Positions 43,275-54,401 of a stretch of 64,000 bases of DNA are shown piece after piece. The number at the start of each line of letters is the position of its first letter. The first letter of the stretch is position 1. This DNA is from Escherichia phage vB_EcoS_ESCO40. The stretch is taken from sequence record NC_106514.1; one strand, 5' to 3'. The position numbers and the translations under genes were made by a program. Below the pieces are notes generated by a model. The model was given only the letters and a program-made list of their open reading frames with translations. It made no database searches and was not told where the DNA came from.

Positions 43275-45347
43275 TTACCTTATATGGATATACCCACTAT
43301 TTAGGTCTATCTTCATCTTGTAGTATGCCTCAGGGTTTCCTGATAACGCAGCGTTCCTATCATAAATGATGTTAACACCGATCTGAGATAAGAAAGCATT
43401 TCCTGCTACAATTTTATCTGCCGTCACCGTTCCGTTAACAATCATGTTTCCATGGAGAACCATTGCAGGGTTAACCCAACCAGACCCATTCCATTGCCTT
43501 GTAAATGCTGATTGTGGGGCATTACTATTAAATTCAGTTAATACATCGTATTTAACTGGTGGAGAACCGAAGTTACTTTGAAAGAAGGAATTAGCTTGTC
43601 CATCATCCCAACCACCTAAACCTGCTATACCTACAGAATACATCCCAGGACCACGTTGTCCATCATGCCCTATAGTACCTTCAGTACCACTCCACTGAAC
43701 TACATCCGACCAGCTAGTACCCTCTAATAACCTATTAGTAACTGGATCAAGCGTACCTGTAGTGGCATAGATATTTTGTGTCATATCTGTACGGTTAGGT
43801 GGAGTTTTTGACCAACCAGGAGGTGGATAATCTTGTTCTAGTGGTTTAGCCGGTAGAGATGTTGCTAACTTATAAACAAATACTGTCTGTTTACCTTGTA
43901 AACCAGTTTCAATATCTACGTCACCATTTGGTGTTCCAATTACTACACCACTAGAGATACGCAAAGTAGTACCATCATAACGTATCCATTGTGTAGCATT
44001 ACCAATGTCTAATTTAGCTTTGGCAGAGGTATTATCCATACCCATCCAAATACCGGAGTTATTATCCCCCCAAGATTTACCTTGAGTGTAAATTGCTGGG
44101 TTATCCTTACCAGATAAGTTAGTCATGATAAAGTTCGCAGCATTAATATCCCTAGTAATTACTTTACCATCAACGTTAACAACACGGTTTATAGGATCAA
44201 AAGAAATAGGTGCTTTTCCTTCTTCATCTAGCAGACCAATGTTAATAGCACCAGTAGCTGCGTCGATTAAGAATGTCTGTCTCCAGATTTCTCCATCTTT
44301 CATGCTGCCCTTAATAAAGGCATAATTAACATCAATACCCGTCTCATTGACAAAGCTGTTGTCTAGAGGAGTATCTTCATTCAATATAAATGTTACAGGA
44401 GCTGATTCTGTTATATCTTGCTTATTTGGTCCCCAGGCAATTGATGATACCTTAAAAGTATGCTCAACTTTCCATGGGAATGATATAATCGTTGCAGCTC
44501 TAGCAGCCCCAACGTTTATCTTTTGAGCTTTAGCCCAACCAGTCTTAGCGTATTCTTCAGAGTTTATATAAGTAACCAGAAATTCACGGACATTAGCACC
44601 CGCACCACGTTCCCAGTCCCACTCTATTCTAACATCATATCGTTCCTTACCATCTGCGATTCGTGCAGCTTTAAAGGCAATGTTAGTAGGTGCAGTAGGT
44701 GGTACGAAATTATAAGCTACAGTGAAAATGCTAGGATATTCATAATAGCCAGATGAGTCAACTGTAACACCATCTGGCATAGTAACTTGACCAGATATTC
44801 TGATCTTATAGTTGCCAACAGGAACACCACCAAATTTGATAGTAGGTCCCAGCGCGCCTATATAATATTTAACCCATTCACTATCTTCTGATGCAGTACT
44901 TTTTAATTCAATAGTGCAGTAACTAGCTTCACCAGCAGTCTCTACAACAACTATTGGAGCACCAACACCAACATCAACGGGTTCTGATTCAGATCTTGCT
45001 GCAGTAATTATTGGCTTTTCCTTTGTTCTAAAGTTAGTTTCATTAGAGAGGTTGATACCAATTTTTGCATTTAAAAGCTCTGAGTCGATAATTGAGTCAT
45101 AGAAAGCCCCCTGAATCTCATAGGAGGTAGAGGGGGTTAGATTATTAATCATTACGAAGAAAGTATCTATACCGGTGTAATCACGTCTATCTATACTTTC
45201 TCCTATTTTTAACCAAAAAGATCTACCAATAACATCATAATCAGTATAAATGGAGTGCTGGACATAAGCCAAAGTATATCCAGTCATTATACTATTTAAG
45301 ACCATTTTGGCTGGTGCATTATTTGAAATCATTAAATGGATGCCCAC
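43275..45347 (-). CDS. baseplate/tail-tip protein (pb4-like)
   Basis: 690-aa ORF downstream of the hub gene; size and order as in T5-like phages; start uncertain (overlaps preceding gene). Confidence 0.6.
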   Translation of the reverse strand: MGIHLMISNNAPAKMVLNSIMTGYTLAYVQHSIYTDYDVIGRSFWLKIGESIDRRDYTGIDTFFVMINNLTPSTSYEIQGAFYDSIIDSELLNAKIGINLSNETNFRTKEKPIITAARSESEPVDVGVGAPIVVVETAGEASYCTIELKSTASEDSEWVKYYIGALGPTIKFGGVPVGNYKIRISGQVTMPDGVTVDSSGYYEYPSIFTVAYNFVPPTAPTNIAFKAARIADGKERYDVRIEWDWERGAGANVREFLVTYINSEEYAKTGWAKAQKINVGAARAATIISFPWKVEHTFKVSSIAWGPNKQDITESAPVTFILNEDTPLDNSFVNETGIDVNYAFIKGSMKDGEIWRQTFLIDAATGAINIGLLDEEGKAPISFDPINRVVNVDGKVITRDINAANFIMTNLSGKDNPAIYTQGKSWGDNNSGIWMGMDNTSAKAKLDIGNATQWIRYDGTTLRISSGVVIGTPNGDVDIETGLQGKQTVFVYKLATSLPAKPLEQDYPPPGWSKTPPNRTDMTQNIYATTGTLDPVTNRLLEGTSWSDVVQWSGTEGTIGHDGQRGPGMYSVGIAGLGGWDDGQANSFFQSNFGSPPVKYDVLTEFNSNAPQSAFTRQWNGSGWVNPAMVLHGNMIVNGTVTADKIVAGNAFLSQIGVNIIYDRNAALSGNPEAYYKMKIDLNSGYIHIR

Positions 45348-48181
45348 TCCACAGACTGTTCTCCATCATCCCCTTCAGCTCTAATACGAAAATACAATTT
45401 TCTATTTATACCTAGAGCACCGCTGTTTTGGAGAGCAAAATCTGCCTTATTATACGTTAATAAATAGTCATAAGTATACTGATTTTCAATACGTACACTT
45501 CTTAACATCCTATTTTGTGAATCGTGTATTTCAAGTGTATAAAATATACTCTCTATTATATCTTCTTCAGGTATTCTATCCCAGGCTAGTTTCACATCTG
45601 GGCCAACAAACTCAGTTACATCTCCAGAAGCCGTATTAGTTACTCTAAAATTAGATACTACACTAAGGTTTTTAGCAGAGTTAAGCTCTATGGACAGAGT
45701 CACCGGGGAACTTCTTCTACCATTAATATCTACTGCCCTTATCTCAAATATAGCCAGACCTGCTGGTTCCCCAATTATTTCTTGGATCATACGTTCATTA
45801 GGGTTGGTCTCTAACTGTTGTACTATGTAAGGTTCGGCATGGCCTGAGTGCACAATAGAGTAATAAACTACATTATTGGTTAGACTCGGAAGCCAAGATA
45901 ACTCACCATTTTTACCTATAGAGCCTACTAAACCGCCAGGAGTAGGGGTATACTTAAAGTCTCTAGGAGGAAGGACATTATTACTAATATCGGGAATATC
46001 ATTACCGCTATTATCAACCTGCTCAGAGTTGATGAATACATCTTCTCCATACTCCTGTAGAGTAACATTTATCTTTCCTTCCCTAGAGTTTTCCACTTCG
46101 TCTACTAGGAAGTACTTCTTATCCCATCCGTAACGGTCATACGTGAATGCAATAGCATCATTGGGTTCAATCCCTATGAACTGGTATGGTAATGAGAAAG
46201 AAAGTGTTCTTGAGTATCTGGATTTCTTAAGTTCCCTATCAGCAAAACTTCTTGCAGTATAGTAATTAGTAATATTAGCAAAAGATAGTTGTAATTTTTT
46301 ATCTAGGTTCTTGTCCTGTTCCTTATACTTGGAATTATAGAATGTAATAGAATTAGTTTTCCAGCTAAGGGCGGGATCTACGATAGATGCTTGAACTGAG
46401 TTGAATTTATTTCTACCAGTAGTATCTGATAGCTCCAAATCACCGTAAGTATCTAGAAAATTAATCTCTAAGGGAGTATTAGAGTATTTTTCTACAGTAA
46501 CCCTATACTGGCCAGATAAATTGTTAATAGCCCCACCATAGGACTCTAACAAACCTTGCACATTTTTAAATACTGATTCAGATGTATCCAGAATAGTATT
46601 CATTTGTACTATTTGTCTATTTTCTGCTAGTGGATCAGTCCACCCAACGTATCTCCAATATGGCTGCCAAGATACCTGATAGGATTCATCTATAATATCT
46701 AAAATAGCTGCCTCCTGTATTAATTGCTGAAGAGGAAACTGATCAATGGTAATATTAGCGCCATATCTATCAGAGGTTAAGTAATCAAGTGTTTGCCAAA
46801 TACCATTTAAACTAGTACTATTAGCAGTTACTCTACCATCAGAATGATAGACTTTTACTTTTTTACCTTGAATTTCAGCACTAACTTCTGGAATCTCAGT
46901 CCTATTTTCATTAATAGTGAAGCGCACCACTGCGTATGCAGTATCTAGTAGCTTATATCTAGCATCCCAGTACTCCGGCCCATTGCCATTCATATTCTGA
47001 AGGTAGAATCCACGTTCTTTAGCTATATCTACTAGTACTTCAGAGGCTGTTTGATCAGATTTTCCGTGATAAGTCCAAATCCTTATGTCACCATTTCCAT
47101 CATTATACTTATACTCTTGACCATGGACGGATGGACTACTAGAAGAGGTTCCAGATGCTATCCTCTGCATTGTATCTCCTGCTATTTTTTTAGTACCAAA
47201 GCAGGTTCTAGCGGAGCTGTCATTAGCATCTACGCAGATCATAGGGTTATCACCAAAGGAGAAATCAAGAAAACCATCAATCTCCCCCTCAGCAAAGGCG
47301 TATACGACATAAACTATGTTGGGATTGTGTAGTTCTGTATCAGCAAAAATGGGTATTCCAGGAATTTTTTGAACTCCATAAACCACCGGTATGTATTTAG
47401 CAGCAAGGTTAAAATCTATATCCACTTCCTTAGTGACAGTTTCATAGTATTTTTTAAGGCTGTAGCTTCTAGATAAACCAAATAATTTTTTCTTTGATTT
47501 TAGCTTGTATCTTTCTTCTTGAACCTGATATTTTGCTAGGATAGAGATACTTTTATTAGAGTGGAAGAACCCATAGTCTTCTTGGTACTCAGGTCTTTTA
47601 GCCCCGTTAGATGGAACTAATTGTCCTGCTACAACTTCAAGCCCTCTATGGGAGGCGTCATCAGTATATCTACCGTTAACTCTATCAAAGTCATAGAATT
47701 GGTTAGAACAATTCCAGGTAATTGTAGAGGTTCCTACCCCAGAGGTACTAATATTATCTTTAATGCCCCCTCCAGTAATCCTCCCCCTAAAGTATAGTAA
47801 AGGACCATTTGTATCTGGGTCTACTGGTAGAATAGAACCATCTTCGGTAATAATTGCTTGATGAATTGATACGGTTCTATCTAAGAAGGATACACCATTT
47901 TGCACTAGTTTTAGTACTTCATCCTGTGCTGTACCAGTAATAGTAAAAGATAGACTACCAATAGATAAATCTCTATTTTGTTTGTGTGAGCTAATAGACT
48001 TAACTTTACCTGCCTGGTATAAGATGCCATTATATAGTACATCCCTAAAATAATCAGTTAAATAAATAAAAGCAGTACTAGTACCAGTAGAGCCAGGTAA
48101 CTCTAGAGAAATTAGACTAGCAGTTTTTATTCTGCTATTATTTTTTAAGTAGTTTCTAGCACTATCTAGTATTTTTTTCAT
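45332..48181 (-). CDS. baseplate hub protein (pb3-like)
   Basis: 949-aa ORF following the distal tail protein; size and order as in T5. Confidence 0.65.
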   Translation of the reverse strand: MKKILDSARNYLKNNSRIKTASLISLELPGSTGTSTAFIYLTDYFRDVLYNGILYQAGKVKSISSHKQNRDLSIGSLSFTITGTAQDEVLKLVQNGVSFLDRTVSIHQAIITEDGSILPVDPDTNGPLLYFRGRITGGGIKDNISTSGVGTSTITWNCSNQFYDFDRVNGRYTDDASHRGLEVVAGQLVPSNGAKRPEYQEDYGFFHSNKSISILAKYQVQEERYKLKSKKKLFGLSRSYSLKKYYETVTKEVDIDFNLAAKYIPVVYGVQKIPGIPIFADTELHNPNIVYVVYAFAEGEIDGFLDFSFGDNPMICVDANDSSARTCFGTKKIAGDTMQRIASGTSSSSPSVHGQEYKYNDGNGDIRIWTYHGKSDQTASEVLVDIAKERGFYLQNMNGNGPEYWDARYKLLDTAYAVVRFTINENRTEIPEVSAEIQGKKVKVYHSDGRVTANSTSLNGIWQTLDYLTSDRYGANITIDQFPLQQLIQEAAILDIIDESYQVSWQPYWRYVGWTDPLAENRQIVQMNTILDTSESVFKNVQGLLESYGGAINNLSGQYRVTVEKYSNTPLEINFLDTYGDLELSDTTGRNKFNSVQASIVDPALSWKTNSITFYNSKYKEQDKNLDKKLQLSFANITNYYTARSFADRELKKSRYSRTLSFSLPYQFIGIEPNDAIAFTYDRYGWDKKYFLVDEVENSREGKINVTLQEYGEDVFINSEQVDNSGNDIPDISNNVLPPRDFKYTPTPGGLVGSIGKNGELSWLPSLTNNVVYYSIVHSGHAEPYIVQQLETNPNERMIQEIIGEPAGLAIFEIRAVDINGRRSSPVTLSIELNSAKNLSVVSNFRVTNTASGDVTEFVGPDVKLAWDRIPEEDIIESIFYTLEIHDSQNRMLRSVRIENQYTYDYLLTYNKADFALQNSGALGINRKLYFRIRAEGDDGEQSVEWASI

Positions 48182-48792
48182 AAACTTTCCCGTAAATTTA
48201 ATGAGATGCCGGAATATGTTCCGTTATTGTTTAATGTAGATCCGAAAGCATCACCATTCATGAGTTTTGTTCTAAACAGTATCCCATTAAATACTGGTTT
48301 TTCAGCTCCAGTAGTCGTTACAAATAAATCAGGGTATAGATTTATAGACCATGTATTGCCTGATTTGTTAAATGATGTTATTTTGTAAACTTTTGGGTGA
48401 TTGGATAATTTAAATAAATCACCTGGTTTAGGGATACCGGTAAGAACACCTTTTGTATCCATAGTAATATTGGAACCTTTTTGTCCTGCTGGTATATTTA
48501 CTAAGTTAGTATTACCCCTAACCCTAAAAGCCTCATACTGAGGTAATATAACATCAATGTAGCCTCCTGTCCTCTTATACTCTAGAATAAAGGAATCTAG
48601 AACACTATATTCATCAGGAAACAATTCTGGGTAAGAAATATTTATACCCCAGTACTGAGCAGATACCTTAACTTCGTTAACTTTACCATTAGGTAACTCA
48701 TCACGAATTACTGGGTCATTATCAATCAGGTTAACACTTTCGAATCCTAATCCTGAAAGTTCTGGATTCGTGTATGGGTCTGGTAATCTCAT
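48178..48792 (-). CDS. distal tail protein (pb9-like)
   Basis: 204-aa ORF immediately after the tape measure gene; AAGAGGAGAAATTAACT site before ATG. Confidence 0.65.
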   Translation of the reverse strand: MRLPDPYTNPELSGLGFESVNLIDNDPVIRDELPNGKVNEVKVSAQYWGINISYPELFPDEYSVLDSFILEYKRTGGYIDVILPQYEAFRVRGNTNLVNIPAGQKGSNITMDTKGVLTGIPKPGDLFKLSNHPKVYKITSFNKSGNTWSINLYPDLFVTTTGAEKPVFNGILFRTKLMNGDAFGSTLNNNGTYSGISLNLRESL

Positions 48793-48859
48793 AGTTAATT
48801 TCTCCTCTTAGATACAATTATTATAATAGTATTAGAAAATTTTATCAAGAAATTTTTAT

Positions 48860-48894
48860 TTTTCCATAAAGAAAAGGAGGACTCAAAGTCCTCC
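48860..48894 (-). terminator. stem-loop plus U-tract after the tape measure gene, with A/T box
   Basis: perfect 8-bp stem GGAGGACT / AGTCCTCC, 3-nt loop; minus-strand transcript continues UUUUCUUUAUGGAAAAAUAAAAA. Confidence 0.6.
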
Positions 48895-48901
48895 TCCAGT
48901 T

Positions 48902-51900
48902 TTAAGAATTTCCTAGTGTTTTTAGGCTAGCACCATTCTCATTCAGAGCTAATTCTACTGCATCCCTCAGAGCACCGCTATTACTAGAGGCGAACTCTCT
49001 AAAACTAGCAGCATCCATAGCACTAATATTCAGGATGATAGGTCTTCCTGAGGTTGAATTAGAGGAATTTTTTAACTCATCATTAGGTGTAGCTTTCATA
49101 GGAATCATAGGTGTAATTACTTCTGTACCATGTTCTCCCATCTGGTAGCTAACCCCTGGGTACATATTACCACCTTCGGCACGAGGCACAAATGAATTAG
49201 CATTACCAATACCTTGATCACCACGTACATAGGATAGTTCCCCAGCATTAGCAGACATAGATACATCAATGTTCTTCTGACGCTCCCCAAGAGTTAAATA
49301 ACTAGTAGTATCCGCTCCAGAATCTGCAATACTTGACATACTAGAGGCAGAGGATGCCTGCGCTAATGCCAGAGCACCTGCTAATCCTGCCGCTACCATT
49401 AGAGGGATAGAGAACGGGTATGGTACAGCTGTTGCTGCCTGCATAACTGCTACTGCAGTTTGGATGATAATCTGCTTCTTAGCTGCATCTTGTTGAATCT
49501 TCAGCTTTTCAGCTTCTAGCTTCTTCAATTTAGCTTTAGATGCCTCAGATTTACCATCACGTTTCTGTTCGGCGGCGATAGCCTGATCAATGGCACTAAC
49601 CTGCTGACTAGTACTATATTGAATCATGGAAGCCACAGTCTGCATACCAACTGCAATAGTAGAAGTGGTATCTAGAGATCCCTGGGAGAACTGAATCATA
49701 GCATTGGCTAAGTTACCCATACTTTGTGCTACCGCAGTTGCTTCGGAGTTTAGCTCGGACAGCTTAGAGATTGCTTGGTCATAAGAAGCCAATTGATTTC
49801 CCATATCTGCAAATTTCTTATCTTCTCCAGATAACCCAGTAGTAGGGGTGTATACAGCACCTAAAGAAGATCCAACAGAAGCTTGCATTTGAGCATTACG
49901 TTGCGCTGTTAAAGCAGACATTTGAGCCCTTGTCTTAGCTATTTCAGCATTCCAGCGCATCTGCTCATTAGCATTACCTTTAGTAAGTTCCTTCATCTGA
50001 GTATAAAAATCTAGCTGCATTTCCATTTTCTGCATTTCCCCAGCCAGAGGGAACATGGAAGTTAGTGTATTTTCAAAGGCTTCTTGCCTTTTGCGGGTCA
50101 TTTCAGCTTGCTGATCTTGGCGGAATTTCCAGATTTCACGCTCTATCTGTGCTTGAGCACGCCTAGATTGTTCAGCCTCTTTTTGTTTATCTGCCTGTTT
50201 TGTGTACCACTCATACTTTTCCTTTTCAATAGTCAGCTCTAGATTTAACTGCGCCAGACGATACTGAGTATCAGTCATAGTACGGTTATTCAAGAGAGCA
50301 ATCTCACGATCTACACCAAGAATTTTATCTGTGTAATCCTTGACCTTCTTCTGAGCTTCCATACCCTGATTGGTAAGTTTAAGTTTCTCCAGCTGAATTT
50401 TTTCAATTTCTTTCTCAACAGCTTTATTCCCCTGGTTTGTTTTAAGAACACGGCGTAAAGCAGCTTCTTGCTCTTCTAACTGTTGCAACTCTAAACGTCT
50501 ACCAGCTTCCTGAGCCTTTTCCTTATCCTTAGTTTGATTATACACATCAGCTATTTTCTGTTGAACTGCTAACTGATTTTTAGTTTCATTACCAGTTAGT
50601 TTAACATACTCAGATAGAGCCTGAGATGCAGTTTTCATTTCAGACAGGGTGTTATAGCCCAGGTTAAGGTTTTTAACATATTCATCGGCACTCTTACCAG
50701 TGCCTAAGGATAGAGATTCTATGTTTTTTATAGCATCTGCTAAAGTAGCACTAGTTTTAGCAGCAGTATCTGTATTCTGAGCAACGTTCTGTATATCATT
50801 AGCTAAGTCACTAGCAGTTTTCTTAGTTTGATTATATGCTTTCTGTTGTTCAGTTAGCCCTTTTAATACTGTGGAGTTAAAGTCATATACAGCACCAGGA
50901 TCAGTAGTATCCCTCTGTAGATTAATCTGTTTTTGGAATTCTGGATTAGCTTTTGCAGCAGCAGCACCCGCAGCTTGATAGGCTGACTTCCAAGCATTAA
51001 GGTTTTCAGTAGAATCTTCTACCTCCTTACCTAGTCTGGTTACTTGTAGACCCATAGCTGCAGTTTCTTCTACGAACTTTTTATTAGCTTCGGAAGCACC
51101 AGCAGCAGCAAGACCAACAGGAATACCTTCACCAACTTGACGTATGGCTAATCTTGTATAGAAATCCGCTTGCTCCATTCGTTTATCGAATTCGGATTTT
51201 AGCTTATTACGCTTATCAAGAGATTCCTTATACATATCTAGAGCTTTATTATAGCCTTCTTCAGAAGCGGCCAAACTTAAAGCAACAGCACCAACGTTGG
51301 TAGGATCTATCTGTCTATTAGTTTTTTCTTGAGCTCTAGCTGCTTCAGCAGATACAGAAGCCTGAGAAGTATAAAATACTGTGTTGATAGCATCAATTAC
51401 TGGTCCTAAGTACTTAGCAGCAGCTTGTTGTATTGTTCTTAATGCAGCATCAGCATTAGCAGCAAACTGCTCCCATGGAGTAGCACGCAGAACTTCATCT
51501 AGATACCCGAATTGTTTAGTAGATTCTGCTATAGCAGCCTTAGCGTATGCCTGCTGTTTCTGGAAAGTAGTAAGACTATTAATGTTATAAGTTATACCCG
51601 TGTTAGCAGCATTTAGCTGTTTAACATAGTCAGCATAAGCATCGTTAAGACGAATAGTAATACCAAGTTCATCCATAAGTTCGATTTCTTGTTTAGATAT
51701 ACCCTTAATTACACGGTTAAGTGCATCAGTCATATCAACACCAAGAACAGCAGCCGCACGACGTGCTATCAAACCAAACTGCTCCAGTTGTTCAGCATCA
51801 AATCCGTACGCAGAAGCAGAGGATGCTTGTCTCATTGCTTCTTCAAAGGAGATAGCATATCCGGCAGCTTCTTGTAGTGATCTAGCAAGAGACTGAACAG

Positions 51901-52585
51901 GAGTACCTGTCTGAGTACCTACTATAACACCAAATTTTTCTAGACGATTTAGCTGGTCACCTAGTTTAAGTTGTTCGAATGCAGATTGCAAAACGAAGAT
52001 GTTGGAAGCAAGAGCTGCGTACATAATAGGTAAACTACCACCTATCTTAGCCATTGCTGCAAAATCACGAGTTGCACCGCGTGCTGAACCAGAAGTATTA
52101 CCAATAGCTCTAGAAGCCCTACCAGCAGCACCAGTAGTATCATTAAAGCCTTTAGTTGTACCACCTAAAGCTCTATTAGTATCGTATAACCTATCTTGAA
52201 CTTTCTCTGTTGCAGATGCAACATCATTACCCATTGCTTTAACAGATCTAGAAACCCCATCGAATCCAATTTCTAGCTTATCTGTTACTTCAATAAGTTG
52301 AATAGCCAGGTAATCTAGCTTATCACCAATACCCTCAATGGATTTAGTGATACCAGCCATACCCCTACTAGCTTGCATTTTAGTAAGACTTTTTGCTGCC
52401 CTGTCTGCTGCCCTCTCAATGGAGTATAGAGTTTTGGGCATTTTACCTAACTGTTCATTTGTCAGTTCGGAAGCAGCAGCAGCATTTTCTAATGCATCAG
52501 ATACGTTTTCAATAGACTTCGCAGTACGGGTTGCCCCTTTCTGTTTAACGTCTATTAGTAATTCTCGTATTAGCTTATCAGTCAT
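48902..52585 (-). CDS. tail tape measure protein
   Basis: 1227-aa ORF, long Ala/Gln-rich helical regions, between tail-chaperone-sized ORFs and the distal tail protein. Confidence 0.8.
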   Translation of the reverse strand: MTDKLIRELLIDVKQKGATRTAKSIENVSDALENAAAASELTNEQLGKMPKTLYSIERAADRAAKSLTKMQASRGMAGITKSIEGIGDKLDYLAIQLIEVTDKLEIGFDGVSRSVKAMGNDVASATEKVQDRLYDTNRALGGTTKGFNDTTGAAGRASRAIGNTSGSARGATRDFAAMAKIGGSLPIMYAALASNIFVLQSAFEQLKLGDQLNRLEKFGVIVGTQTGTPVQSLARSLQEAAGYAISFEEAMRQASSASAYGFDAEQLEQFGLIARRAAAVLGVDMTDALNRVIKGISKQEIELMDELGITIRLNDAYADYVKQLNAANTGITYNINSLTTFQKQQAYAKAAIAESTKQFGYLDEVLRATPWEQFAANADAALRTIQQAAAKYLGPVIDAINTVFYTSQASVSAEAARAQEKTNRQIDPTNVGAVALSLAASEEGYNKALDMYKESLDKRNKLKSEFDKRMEQADFYTRLAIRQVGEGIPVGLAAAGASEANKKFVEETAAMGLQVTRLGKEVEDSTENLNAWKSAYQAAGAAAAKANPEFQKQINLQRDTTDPGAVYDFNSTVLKGLTEQQKAYNQTKKTASDLANDIQNVAQNTDTAAKTSATLADAIKNIESLSLGTGKSADEYVKNLNLGYNTLSEMKTASQALSEYVKLTGNETKNQLAVQQKIADVYNQTKDKEKAQEAGRRLELQQLEEQEAALRRVLKTNQGNKAVEKEIEKIQLEKLKLTNQGMEAQKKVKDYTDKILGVDREIALLNNRTMTDTQYRLAQLNLELTIEKEKYEWYTKQADKQKEAEQSRRAQAQIEREIWKFRQDQQAEMTRKRQEAFENTLTSMFPLAGEMQKMEMQLDFYTQMKELTKGNANEQMRWNAEIAKTRAQMSALTAQRNAQMQASVGSSLGAVYTPTTGLSGEDKKFADMGNQLASYDQAISKLSELNSEATAVAQSMGNLANAMIQFSQGSLDTTSTIAVGMQTVASMIQYSTSQQVSAIDQAIAAEQKRDGKSEASKAKLKKLEAEKLKIQQDAAKKQIIIQTAVAVMQAATAVPYPFSIPLMVAAGLAGALALAQASSASSMSSIADSGADTTSYLTLGERQKNIDVSMSANAGELSYVRGDQGIGNANSFVPRAEGGNMYPGVSYQMGEHGTEVITPMIPMKATPNDELKNSSNSTSGRPIILNISAMDAASFREFASSNSGALRDAVELALNENGASLKTLGNS

Positions 52586-52633
52586 AATTTATTTTTCCCA
52601 ATAAAAAAGGCTCTGGGCAAATCACCCAGAGCC
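52586..52633 (-). terminator. stem-loop plus conserved TTTTTTATTGGGAAAAATAAAT box immediately upstream of the tape measure start
   Basis: perfect 9-bp stem GGCTCTGGG / CCCAGAGCC; minus strand then reads UUUUUUAUUGGGAAAAAUAAAUU-AUG. Confidence 0.55.
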
Positions 52634-52667
52634 AAGCCTCATCGTGGAACGCCCATTGGAGGAAACC

Positions 52668-53036
52668 TTACCGTGCTCGAGATTTGGCATGTGGCTTAAC
52701 GTTAGGTATTCTACCGTTTTGCGGCTTATGCTTCTCAGCACGTTTACGTGCAGCGTCTACAGCTTTAGCATCAAATATATTGATAATGTGTAGAACAAAT
52801 TCTTTTTCTATAGGATCAGTAATCCCATAAATATCAAATAAAACACCTAAAGCAGCTTTGTCTTTACCTATAAAGATAGGGAAGTCACCAGGTATGAAAC
52901 AGTCAACTAGACTATTATAAATATTCATACTAATAGCTACAATAGGTGGAAAGTCTTCAAGTTCAACAGGCATAGCCTTAGGATCAGGTTCTATACCCAT
53001 TGACTCACAAAGTATTAGATATTGTTGTTTAGTCAT
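52668..53036 (-). CDS. hypothetical protein (candidate tail assembly chaperone by position)
   Basis: 122-aa ORF directly upstream of tape measure gene. Confidence 0.4.
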   Translation of the reverse strand: MTKQQYLILCESMGIEPDPKAMPVELEDFPPIVAISMNIYNSLVDCFIPGDFPIFIGKDKAALGVLFDIYGITDPIEKEFVLHIINIFDAKAVDAARKRAEKHKPQNGRIPNVKPHAKSRAR

Positions 53037-53097
53037 TTTAGATGCTGAGCTTTTAATACACTTATCTGCAAAATCAGCAACAGCATCTAGTAATTCT

Positions 53098-53517
53098 TTA
53101 CGCTTTTGAGCTACGAAAAGTATCTAAGTGGAACACTGTCTGGTTGATCCAAGAATCAAACGCAGCAGAGTTCTGCATAAGCATTACAGCATTATCACGA
53201 CTAAATGGAACTTCAGTAGCAGGATCAGCATCTGTTTCAATCAGCATCAGTTTTTCAACGTCACCTACAGTCAAACCAGTCCAACCTTTAATTGCAGCAT
53301 CAACGAAAGCTTCGATAAACTTATCGTCATCCTGTACTTGAATTAGAGTACCATTAACCCACTCATCGCGTTTGGCAGAAGAGACAACACGTTTAGAAGT
53401 AGCACGAGACATGTAGTTAAGCTCTAGCTTAAAGTTTGGCATACCTGGGTATGAAAGAGTAATAGTACGGGTATCAAGAGTAATATCTTTTAAATTAATC
53501 ATTTTTAATTTCTCCAA
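53098..53517 (-). CDS. hypothetical protein (candidate tail assembly chaperone by position)
   Basis: 139-aa ORF between tail genes. Confidence 0.4.
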   Translation of the reverse strand: MEKLKMINLKDITLDTRTITLSYPGMPNFKLELNYMSRATSKRVVSSAKRDEWVNGTLIQVQDDDKFIEAFVDAAIKGWTGLTVGDVEKLMLIETDADPATEVPFSRDNAVMLMQNSAAFDSWINQTVFHLDTFRSSKA

Positions 53518-54397
53518 AGAAATCTATTCTCACTGGGTCTGAAGAAGCAGTAGGTATAATATCCCACTCAACTTTATACACATCTGAGAAATCTAGGCGT
53601 TTTGTAATACGTGCTAAAGGAAAATCTATAGAAATATTATTATTTCTTATATTTAAAGGTACATCGGTTTCTGGTTCAATATTGTAAACCATATCTCCAG
53701 CAAAACGTTTTAAGTAATATAGAGAAATGGTTGCTGAAGCATTCATTTCATTTACATAGGCTCTTTTATTATTATAGATTTTATTTATATCAAAAACACT
53801 CTTATCTTCTCTCCAAGAGCATTGCTGTTGAAAAGATAAAGAAGCGGAAATAAGGCCAGGTAAGATGCTACCGTTAGTAGAAACTATTACCGGGCTATAA
53901 GACATTGCTTCACCTTGTATAATAGAAGCTGCTTCTCTATATGTAGATACCTCGGAAAATTTCCCTGATTCAATACCAACGTTAAGAATTGGTATATTCT
54001 TATCTAAAGAAAAATCTACAGTAGATACATAGCAGTTCTCAAAGTATACACAGTTATTATCTTTATTTACTATATAGATATTAAACATAATAGGTTCAAT
54101 ATTGTTACTATATAGTGGTAGTAAGAAAGTATTACCTTTTCTATCAAAACCTAGCCATTCGAAAAAATTAGCTTCAGTAAGCGTATTACTAAAATTTACT
54201 GCTAGAGAGATAGAAGAAGGAGTTTGAGCATTTATAATAGAGTCTGCATAGTTAGTTCTACGATGAATAGTCCTACGAAGGGTCTTAAATTCTTCGTAGG
54301 AGGTTTGTACATCATAGTTTGATAGGGCATCAAAATGAAATGCCCTACCATCATACTCAACTATAACTTTTGACTCTCGCATTAGAGAGTAGTACAT
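53495..54397 (-). CDS. tail protein
   Basis: 300-aa ORF immediately downstream of the tail tube gene. Confidence 0.45.
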   Translation of the reverse strand: MYYSLMRESKVIVEYDGRAFHFDALSNYDVQTSYEEFKTLRRTIHRRTNYADSIINAQTPSSISLAVNFSNTLTEANFFEWLGFDRKGNTFLLPLYSNNIEPIMFNIYIVNKDNNCVYFENCYVSTVDFSLDKNIPILNVGIESGKFSEVSTYREAASIIQGEAMSYSPVIVSTNGSILPGLISASLSFQQQCSWREDKSVFDINKIYNNKRAYVNEMNASATISLYYLKRFAGDMVYNIEPETDVPLNIRNNNISIDFPLARITKRLDFSDVYKVEWDIIPTASSDPVRIDFFGEIKND

Positions 54398-54401
54398 TTA
54401 T

